Below, piece by piece: positions 41,201-53,200 of a stretch of DNA of 64,000 nucleotides. Each line of letters opens with the position of its first letter. The stretch's first letter is position 1. The notes beneath the pieces were generated by a model. It made no database searches, was not told the origin of the DNA, and saw only the letters and a program-made list of their open reading frames with translations. The DNA is taken from the NCBI RefSeq assembly GCF_031769215.1, contig NW_026782152.1, positions 372,001 to 436,000 of the forward strand. The letters are read 5' to 3'. Origin of the DNA: Ylistrum balloti. Lineage: Eukaryota. A program made the translations under genes and the position numbers.

Positions 41201-44200
41201 ATTGCAGTCCCTAAGTGAATAGCCAGAATGACTGTCATGCGTGTACTAGGGGACAGAAGGACCACAGCAATTCCCTGTCATCAAAGCACCAATAGATAGG
41301 AGATCCCCCACAACTCGCTGTCATCAAAGCACCAATAGATAGGAGATCCCCCACAACTTGCTGTCATCAAAGCACCCATAGATAGGAGATACACCACAAC
41401 TCGCTGTCATCAAAGCACTCATAGATAGGAGATCCCCCACAACTCGCTGTCATCAAAGCACCCATAGATAGGAGATACACCATAACTCCCTGTCATCAAA
41501 GCACCCATAGATAGGAGATCCACCATAACTCCCTGTCATCAAAGCACCCATAGATAGGAGATCCACCATAACTCCCTGTCATCAAATTATCAATAGTTTG
41601 GAGATCCCTCACAACTCCCTGTCATCAAAGTATCAATAGTTTGGAGATCCCTCACATCTCCATGTCATCACTGTACCAATAGTTAAAAGATCCCTCACAG
41701 CTTCTTGTCATTAAACTACCAATTGTCAGGATATTCCTTCACAACTTCCTGTCATCACTGTACCAATTGTCAGGAGATCCCTCACAACTCCTTGTCATTA
41801 AACTACCAATTGTCAGGAGATCCCTCACAACTCCCTGTCATCACTGTACCAATAGTTAGGAGATCCCTCACAGCTTCTTGTCATTAAACTACCAATTGTC
41901 AGGAGGTTCCTTCACAACTCCCTGTCATCACTGTACCAATAGTTAGGAGATCCCTCACAACTTCTTGTCATCACTGTACCAATAGTTAGGAGATTCCTTC
42001 ACAACTCCCTGTCATCACTGTACCAATAGTGAGGAGATTCCTTCACAACTCCATGTCATCACTGTACCAATAGTTAGGAGATTCCTTCACAACTCCCTGT
42101 CATCACTGTACCAATAGTTAGGAGATTCCTTCACAACTCCATGTCATCACTGTACCAATAGTTAGGAGATTCCTTCACAACTCCCTGTCAACACTGTACC
42201 AATTGTTAGGAGATTCCTTCACAACTCCCTGTCATCACTGTACCAATTGTTAGGAGATTCCTTCACAACTCCCTGTCATCACTGTACCAATAGTTAAGAG
42301 ATTCCTTCACAACTCCCTGTCATCACTGTACCAATAGTTGGGAGATCCCTCACATCTCCCTGTCATCACTGTACCAATAGTCAGGAGATCCCTCACAGCT
42401 TCCTGTCATCACTGTACCAATAGTTGGGAGATCCCTCACAGCTTCTTGTCATTAAAATATCAATTGTCAGGAGATTCCTTCACAACTTCCTGTCATCAAT
42501 GTACCAATATTTGGTAGATATCCCATGCAGCTTTGTATCATTGAAGTGCAAAAAGTTGGGAGTATCCCTCACAGCTTCTTGTCATCAAATTACCAATAGT
42601 TATGAGATCCATCACAACTGCATCACTAGACAAAATGATCCTTACAGTGTTTCTGTTATCAAAATACCAATAAAGGTCTTGGTACCATAAGTCAAAGATC
42701 TAGGCCTAAAACAGGACCTAACACCACCTCATTGAACTATTTGCCCTTGCTCAATAATTATCTTTCTTGGCGATATTTTGAGAAAATTTCATTTCAGTTA
42801 TGTTGACACAATAATTCTAATTGGAATCAATAAGTACTGGGTACATCATTGCAAATTTGGTTCAGATGCTTTGATCCTGCACCATATATACTAACATCTC
42901 CAGGTGTTTTGCTGATAGTCTCGGACTCCTCCTCAGAGTCCGGATATGAAGCAACAACAGCTCAATTTCTCCCAGATTTTGAATGGATGTACCTGCTGCC
43001 TTATCAACAATTTGTAACTTGTTGGTCTAAAATTAGATGCTTGTAACCCTTTATTTCCCAAAAAGTACATTCCTGAGTTGATGATATCTCCAGACTAAGG
43101 TAGCAGAGTTTGACGGGATGTAAACCAAACAACAGGTGCTACATATAGAAAGGATAATGGTTTCCTGTTCATATATTTCATCAATATGACAAAATTTGAG
43201 TCATTTCAGCGAATAATGCATTGTATGTAACAGGAAACCTCTTTTTTTTCTTTTTATAACATTTAAAGGGAACACTATAAGTGGCAACTTTTTTCTCATG
43301 GGTTGGGGATGTGGCTTATCTACTGTTGAAGCTTTTAAGAGGACAAAAAAAATTGTACGCACAGGTACTGCGCTATTGTGCAAATACCTCTCCACCACAT
43401 GTTTCTGACTGATCAGAAAATGTAGAATTGTCACTTGTAATCATGTACAATGTACAAGATGGTTTGAAAATTACTAAATAATTTAACATTTTTGTAGATT
43501 TTATTAATCATGTCATTTAATAGCAATCCTGATAATATAATTGCCTATTGCACACAGGAATCGATCAGTCCCTTTGTCTCTACATAGCCAATATTTGAAG
43601 GCCTTATGCAAGTTCAGTATTTGATATTTTATGTATTTTAAATTACCAGAATAATTTTTTAAAATACACCAGTGAAATAAAAGATCATTTGTGCATGATT
43701 CATTTGCAAACTTATCAAATATTTCACTAAACATCTTGATCAATTGCTTTCCATTGTCTGTTTTATCAACAAAATTATCAACATAGTGGTTACTATATGG
43801 TAGAATAGGGTGCAAGTAAATATTTTCCAGTGCAGTTACCAGTAATAAGAATATTGAATTGAGAAAATGAAAAAAAAATATTGGCTCTGCATCCTATATA
43901 CCAGTATAACTTATAACCCAGAAAAGTATCTAGGAAAAACCTTTGTGGTTTGGCAGGTGAACTCATACCTTAAATCACTGGCAGTGACATAAAACAAATT
44001 GATGAAAAATAAAATAAAGTCAATAACCAATACTACAAAACAGTTGCACAGAATTTCTGATATAAAAGAGAAACTTCTCCATCCAGTATACTGTTAAAGG
44101 TGGACATCTCCTTCCAGTATACTGTTAAAGGTGGACATCTCCTTCCAGTATACTGTTAAAGGTGGACATCTCCTTCCAGTATACTGTTAAAGCTGGACAT

Positions 44201-47200
44201 CTCCTTCCAGTATACTGTTAAAGGTGGACATCTCCTTCCAGTATACTGTTCAAGGTGGACATCTCCATCCAGTATACTGTTAAAGGTGGACATCTCCTTC
44301 AAGTATACTGTTAAAGGTGGACATCTCCTTCCAGTATACTGTTAAAGCTGGACATCTCCTTCCAGTATACTGTTAAAGGTGGACATCTCCATCCAGTATA
44401 CTGTTAAAGGTGGACATCTCCTTCCAGTATACTGTTAAAGGTGGACATCTCCTTCCAGTATACTGTTAAAGGTGGACATCTCCTTCCAGTATACTGTTAA
44501 AGGTGGACATCTCCTTCCAGTATACTGTTAAAGGTGGACATCTCCTTCCAGTATACTGTTAAAGGTGGACATCTCCATCCAGTATACTGTTAAAGGTGGA
44601 CATCTCCTTCCAGTATACTGTTAAAGGTGGACATCTCCATCCAGTATACTGTTAAAGGTGGACATCTCCTTCCAGTATACTGTTAAAGGTGGACATCTCC
44701 TTCCAATATATTGTTAAACGAGGACTTCCCCATCAAGTAAATTGTTAAAGGGGGACTTCTCTCTCAAGTATACTATGAACGGGGGACTTCTCCTTCCAGT
44801 ATACTGTTAAATGGGGACTTCTCTATCAAGTATACTGTTAAAGGGGGACTTCCCCATTAAGTATACTGTTACAGAATGACTTCTCTGTTTAGTATCAAAT
44901 TAAAGGGACACTTTTTCATAGAGTTCATTATCAAAGGGTGATTTTTTCATCCAGTCTGGTAATGTAAAATGCAATCACAGTATTACTCCATTCTTTGTAC
45001 TTCGCGTCCCATTCACTCTTATAGAATATTTCTCAGCTGAGGTTAGGGATGAAATTGACCATCTCCATCTTCTTCTTGTGATTAATGAGAGGTCAAATAG
45101 TGACAGATACAACCAGACAAATCATCAGTGAATCCAATACATACTGGAAGTCATCTGCAGTCTACCGCTCAGGCTGTTTATCGTATTATTATAGGGTACA
45201 ATGGTCAAGGGGTATTCACTGGTCAGTCTTATCTACATGTACAGAGAGACATTATCAGTGTGTCCATTAAGCATTGATAGTATTGAAACAAGCAATTTAA
45301 CATTATCTAATACAGATCTACAAATAGTAGTATTTCTTTTCTTACAATATGAGAAATGGTCTACGGACATCATAAACTAACAAGTATGACTGTGGAAATG
45401 ATAGAATCTCCACACCTTCCCCTCTGAGCTAGATTTCGTTACAGCAGTCATGCAAGATTAACATACCTTCCTAAATATACCATAGTGACCCTACCTATTA
45501 CTGCCTCCACTTCTGGTCTACATAACTTCTGTGCACAATATGCATGAATGCATATTATGTTTCTTTCATATCTCAAGTATTTAGGACTCTGGTTTTATGT
45601 TTCACTCAATTTAAGAGTTTTTCTCTTCAAAAATGGTGATGATAAATTCTATACCAGGTATCCTTTTTCCCTGACTAATAAAGTTGATACACACACACAA
45701 AACCCTCACTCTGACAGCCAAATTTGAACATCTTTTTATCCATGGAGCCGACTCTCAGATTTCTTACATACAATCTGACACCTGAAACAGTTAAAAACTT
45801 CCAAATGATTATTCATCAAAATTGTCCCAACTCCTTTTTTATTTTTCATTCCATTTGTTCCCCGCTAAGTTTATTTCTAAATAACTGCTACATTTACTTG
45901 GGTTCTTAGGTAGTGTTTATGAATGGAAATTTAACTTGCAAAAAAGGGCTCTATCCCAAAGGGTTGTAATTATATGGAAGTCTGAAGTTTGACTAACAGT
46001 ACAGATCTTTAATCTTAAAGATCCTAATGAGACAGAAATTTGACTTATTTGTCATGTATATTTCAGTGTAAGTTTATAGTACATCACTAATATTCCATCC
46101 AACAAACGGACTTTGTTTTATAAAATTAGATATACTTCAGTAATACATAGTGTTATAACATCAGGTCAGGATATTGTGGTGTAGAGAAATACTAGTATTG
46201 TGGGAGAATAACATACACATATAAGTATATATATATATATAGCAGTAAATAACATAAAGGTATAAACATATCATATGTATGGTGATTCATCGAAATCAAC
46301 TTTTTATAACAATGGTACTACACTGTGTTTGAAGTTGAGATTTACAGCTATAGCTATAATTGTACATGACTCAGAATTGTATGTATAAAAATTAATATCA
46401 TTGATTCCTAATTCAGAATAAGATTCAAGATGATGTTCACCGCCTCAAAAAACACACAGAGTAAGGAAACAAAATGGTATCTATTGACTCATCATTCAGC
46501 TCATTGACTCCTAAGTTAAATCAAGGTACACAATGGTTATCCTTGACTCATCATACAACTAGGTACCATACCAAATTGACTCATCAACTTCTCACTCAAA
46601 GCCAGGTACAAAATCATTATCATTGAGTCATCGTAAAACTTGGTACCAAACAGAAGCAACTCATGAACTCCTCACCAAATACCGAAATACCAGGTACCAA
46701 ATCAAATGGCTATCATTGGCCCGTCATTCAACTCCGTAGAAGAATATATTCATTTACTTATTATTCAAGGTAAGGTTCACGTTTCATTGACTCCTGACTC
46801 TGAGTAAGGTTAACAAGGTTATTTTTTACTCTCAAAGTATGGCTCTAAAGGATTACCACTGATTAGACCACTCAAGGTCAGGTAAGAGACTCACTGACTT
46901 CAGAGTAATGTAAAGATGATACTAGTATTCATTAGCTGCTGACTTACTAGCATACAGAATTGGATTCACTCACGACAATCACTGAGACTGCAAAATATTG
47001 ACAAATGTATCATCATTATTATGCAAATCTATTTTTAACAAAGTCTTGAAACCTAATTTTAGTTTTAATATTTCCTGTTTTTTCAGACATATGAATTTTA
47101 CACAAACTTTATTCACTGTAAAACTTTCACCATACAAAAGTCTTCAAAGTTTCATATCTACAAATGTCTGGAATTCAAACCCTCTGGGTAAAAAAAATTG

Positions 47201-50200
47201 TGAATAGTGAGATAAGAAATGTGTGCTGTTTGTAGGATTAGCCTGTTGTGTAAACTTCACAGGGAAAGGACTCTAAATGTTGTATAAGCCCACATTACTG
47301 GTTGACTAATACATACCCTTGGTGAAAGAAAGGCTGTTTTGTGAAGAAACCATTTTCTTCACATAAAATAACATACATGGAAATTTGCCACGTACTCCTG
47401 GTAAAAGAATGACTGTTTTATAAACGTAGCATTTCTTCAAATAAAACAAAATGCATGGAAATTTGCCAATCTCTCCATAACCGATTCCAAACCTACTTTA
47501 CCAATATGCCAATCTTTCAATAATTGACTGCTAACCTAAACTGCGCTAATTAGCAATGAAGAAGACATATTTCATAAATTGTATTAATTATAAAATTTGA
47601 TTTTATGCTCTATGCATCAGAAATTTTCTTCTTTAAAACTAGAAGTAAATTATACATGAAACTTTCATTTATATGACTGACAACACTACGTTCCCTAATC
47701 TATAAGAGTGGTGAAAATAGACACAAATATCTAATAAGTTCATTTTTCTTTTACTGGCAATTTTGCCTGTTTTTCTCTTTTGTTAATAAAGTGAAAATAA
47801 AAATTAGGCTTTAAAGCTGAAATACAAGTAAATGGCATTTTTAATTCATGGGATGAAGTTATTGCCAATGAATAAAAAAATGTTTAATATGAGAGTGAAA
47901 AAAAAAACAAATACTGCTGTTTTCCCACATGAAATAATTAAATTTTACATCATTTTATCAAGGCTGGATTGTTTTAATTGCTCGGTTTATCATCCTTTAC
48001 ACAGCCCAAGTCATTTTGAGGCGGGGTCTCCTTGTACTTAATGGCAGCTAACTCATTACACTACATACGGGAGAGTCTCGTCAAATGCCATCTAGAGCAA
48101 TAACAGAAATTAGTGTCTTGCCCAAGGACACACCCCTGTCAACACAGATCAATCTGTTTCTCAACTTCCTAATACATACAAACCACCAAGGGTAGGTAGT
48201 GTCAAACCACAGAGTTGTCATCTGTCACCAAAGAACTCAGAGAAAGAAAATGCAATATTTGCATTCTACAGAAACAACAACACTTGTTGCTAAAGTCGGT
48301 TCATTAAGTCTCAAATGTTTTCATAATGTTACCATTAAGAATAGAACAGTCAAATACTCATGTCCGAAATTACTGTACCAAATATTTAAACTTTATTTTA
48401 GTAAATATATGAATATCATCCTAAACATTAAGACAGAACAAATATGCTTGATCTATATACTTAAAACTATCAAATGTATGTAAGACAAGTGTATTTTTTT
48501 GCCAAAGCTCACATGCATATCAGAATCAATGGCTGACAAATTTTTATCAATGTAACAGTGACTTTGGCCTTGGAATCCTGAAACATAGATTTATGCATAA
48601 TAGTGAAAAAAATCCTATAATAAATAAAGTCACTAGAGAAATGATATTTATTCATGACTAGACATGTCAGAACAGGATGAAACAGACATGTAACACTTCA
48701 TATCTGCCTTTCCCCAATCACATGGCAACAGGCATAAAAAAACTAAAAAGGAAACTATTCTCCCAAGGTTGATTTTTTATAAAATGGGTTTGAACTAAAG
48801 GTGACACCCCTTAGGTGATCTTGAGGTGAACTTTTAACAAGATCAGAGAAAACCTCTGGGGTAAGGATCTTTTGACATATTAAGGAACACTTATCATGTG
48901 AAGATCTTTTGACATATTAAGGAACACTTATCATATGAGAATCTTTAACATATTAAGGAACACTTATCATGTGAAGATCTTTTGACATATTAAGGAACAC
49001 TTATCATATGAGAATCTTTAACATATTAAGGAACACTTATCATGTCAGAAACTTTCAACATATGAAAGAATTCTTTTCTCATGTGGATCTTTCAACATAT
49101 AAAGGAACATATCTCCAGTGAGGATATTTTAACATATTAAAGAACACTTCTCTTATGGGGATCGTTTGACAAATGGAGGAACATTTCTCATGTGTGGATC
49201 CTTAAACATATGAAGGAACATTTCTAATGTGTGGATCCTTAAACATATGAAGGAACATTTCTCATGTGTGGATCCTTAAACATATGAAGGAAAATTTCTC
49301 ATGTGTGGATCCTTAAACATATGAAGGAACATTTCTAATGTGTGGATCCTTAAACATATGAAGGAACATTTCTCATGTGTGGATCCTTAAACATATGAAG
49401 GAACATTTCTCATGTGTGGATCCTTAAACATATGAAGGAACATTTCTCATGTGTGAATCCTTAAACATATGAAGGAACATTTCTCATGTGTGGATCCTTA
49501 AACATATGAAGGAAAATTTCTCATGTGTGGATCCTTAAACATATGAAGGAACATTTCTCATGTGTGGATCCTTAAACATATGAAGGAACATTTCTCATGT
49601 GTGGATCCTTAAACATATGAAGGAACATTTCTCATGTGTGGATCCTTAAACATATGAAGGAACATTTCTCATGTGTGAATCCTTAAACATATGAAGGAAC
49701 ATTTCTCATGTGTGGATCCTTAAACATATGAAGGAAAATTTCTCATGTGTGGATCCTTAAACATATGAAGGAACATTTCTCATGTGTGGATCCTTAAACA
49801 TATGAAGGAACATTTCTCATGTGTGGATCCTTAAACATATGAAGGAACATTTCTAATGTGAGCAACTTTTAACATATTAAGGAACGCATCTCATGTGAGG
49901 ATTTTTTAACAAATGAAGGAACATTTTTCATGTGAGGATCTTTTGACATATGAAGGGAATTTCTCATGTGACAACTTTTTAACTTATTAAGCAACACTTT
50001 TCATGTGCTGATCTTTTGACATGATCAGAGAAATCCTCCAATGTACATCTCATGGACATGATTGGAAAATCACCGAGATAGAGGTTCCACACACTCACAA
50101 AGCACACCGATGATTAAAAAGAATATCCTTATATGACAGGAAAAGATGAAGACCTAGAAATTACCCTATTTATGATCTCAGTGCTTTAACCAGAGTGCCA

Positions 50201-53200
50201 GTCACCTCAGCAACATACAAAGGTGACCATTGTCCCAGCTCTTACTCATGTAAGTGTGAGGTCAGAGGTCTAGGGTCAAACAAAGGAGTTTACACTGAAG
50301 TTTATATACATATTTCAACGGCACATGTTGATAAACAGCAAACTGCAAACAATGTTTACATAGTCCTCTTATTTTTTTAACATGTAAAATATCAGTCTAT
50401 ACAAGTAATCTTAGCAACATCCTCAATATATAATATATCCAGTGGACATTCTGAAATTTATATCAGCCTTTTTTATATTGTCACCATGTATTTATCTACA
50501 ATAGCAATGGTGACAGTATGTCTCCATCAACAAAATAATTTGACCGAAAATCTACTAATTAGCATAAACAACACTTTAATAAATGGTATGTCCAACGTAA
50601 TTGTCTGGGGTTGACATTTATAAAAATGTGTATGGGTATTTCACATCAAAATCCTGTCCATAATTTTGTACACCGAGCAATTTTGTTTAGATACTATCTC
50701 CATTAACAAACCTGAATTGTTTTTGATTAACATATTTTGACATTTCTGTGGTATGTTGGGATTATGATAAGGCTGACTTCAATAGAGTCTCTGTGTGTAA
50801 TCTGTGAGACATAGGCAGGGGGAGGGGGAGGGGAGAGGGAGAGGGGGAGGGGGGAGGGGTAATATCACTAAATCACAAACCATGGGAGGTAAGTTACTCC
50901 AGCCACACCTCAATTTGTCAGACTCAAGTATCCAGGGTGAGGGTTATCACCAGAGTGGGGACTGGGTAATGTCACATGGTCCTCTGTCTATGTCATACTG
51001 GTATATACCATACCAGACATAGCATTGTGGCACACACACTCGCACCAGGGGAGGGACAATTTGTCAGCCTTATAAACACAGACAGTGGAGGCAACACACA
51101 CGCCAGAACACATAAACAGATACATCATAAGTATAATCATATTCATTCAAAACTATATCTGATCTAATAAACTGTGTTGAAATAAAACAGGTCTATCTAC
51201 ATGAACAGCATCATTGTCTATTGGAGTACCTGTACATTTTCATCATTTGTTTTCGGTAATGCCGGCTAAGTTATCTTCATGATCGACTTTCATGATAGTA
51301 GAAACTCAGCAGAGCTTCTCCAAAATATGTAAGTAATTTTAAAAAAAATAATATGCCTAAGGATGTATGCAAACGCTCAAGTACACATCAGGTTGAAAAA
51401 ATATCCATATCTGTTCTCTTACAAAAAATGCAAACAATCACTTAAGATTGTATAAAGTTCACTGACACAATGATTGGTTTAGTCTCTATTCTAACCCATC
51501 ATCCCTGCAAACGTTATGTGGTGTATACCCACAGATGGTTTCCAGCAGATAGCTATATTTGAAGTTGTGCTGTCAAACAGGTAGAAAGTAAGACTCTTTA
51601 CACCCCCTCTTTCCCCATGTTATACACACAATGTCCTAGTGTAGCATTCTAAGTATAGCTAGACTGTTTATAGCCAGGCAGAAAAAATATAGAAGTAAAA
51701 CAGAAGCTTGGAAAAGTGAAAAGTTGTTTATCTTCCGATGCAACCAGACTAGATCGCAATCAGACAGAGTGAGGGAATTAGAATAATGTTGTTTACAATA
51801 CAAATGTAAACATTAATCAAGAAATACAAAAGGAATAGAGAAGACTAAAGTGTTCTAATTACATGGAATAGAAAAAAGAGGAAGTAATAATGTTAAGGTT
51901 TAATCTATGAAGACAAATCACAGCAGGAAAAACTGTTTATAAATCACAGTGTAACTGTCTTGATTTAAAAAAATAAATCTGAAACGATAAGACAAATGAT
52001 GATGTTGCCATGAACCTCTGCATCTTCATCATTGTTCTTTTTCACATTGTGAATCGGTGTGAACAATTGTAGGCAGTGTATTAATGAATACTGCGATTGT
52101 AAAGAGTTGTCATGTATAACATTTCCAATCAGTTTGTCACTGTGAACATTTACAATTAAAGAGTAAGACATTGTAGGAACACGTGAACATTTACAATTAA
52201 AGAGTAAGACATTGTAGGAACACGTGAACATTTACAATTAAAGGGTAAGACATTGTAGGAACACGTGAACATTTACAATTAAAGAGTAAGACATTGTAGG
52301 AACACGTGAACATTTACAATTAAAGAGTAAGACATTGTAGGAACACGTGAACATTTACAATTAAAGAGTAAGACATTGTAGGAACACGTGAACATTTACA
52401 ATTAAAGAGTAAGACATTGTAGGAACACGTGAACATTTACAATTAAAGAGTAAGACATTGTAGGAACACGTGAACATTTACAATTAAAGAGTAAGACATT
52501 GTAGGAACACGTGAACATTTACAATTAAAGAGTAAGACATTGTAGGAACACGTGAACATTTACAATTAAAGAGTAAGACATTGTAGGAACATGTGAACAT
52601 TTACAATTAAAGAGTAAGACATTGTAGGAACACGGGAACATTTACAATTAAAGAGTAAGACATTGTAGGAACATGTGAACATTTACAATTAAAGAGTAAG
52701 ACATTGTAGGAACACGTGAACATTTACAATTAAAGAGTAAGACATTGTAGGAACACGTGAACATTTACAATTAAAGAGTAAGACATTGTAGGAACACGTG
52801 AACATTTACAATTAAAGAGTAAGACATTGTAGGAACACGTGAACATTTACAATTAAAGAGTAAGACATTGTAGGAACACGTGAACATTTACAATTAAAGA
52901 GTAAGACATTGTAGGAACACGTGAACATTTACAATTAAAGAGTAAGACATTGTAGGAACACGTGAACATTTACAATTAAAGAGTAAGACATTGTAGGAAC
53001 ACGTGAACATTTACAATTAAAGAGTAAGACATTGTAGGAACACGTGAACATTTACAATTAAAGAGTAAGACATTGTAGGAACACGTGAACATTTACAATT
53101 AAAGAGTAAGACATTGTAGGAACACGTGAACATTTACAATTAAAGAGTAAGACATTGTAGGAACACGTGAACATTTACAATTAAAGAGTAAGACATTGTA

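Noticed and set aside
41705-42690. ORFs from the track overlapping the 43/44-bp array (also 623-829 and 51965-52231)
   Set aside because: Open frames arise from repeat-unit composition; unit lengths are not multiples of three.
44075-44890. CRISPR-like array (short partly palindromic repeats)
   Set aside because: Units are head-to-tail with no unique spacers, there are no cas genes, and the context is a eukaryotic intron. The same applies to the other arrays.
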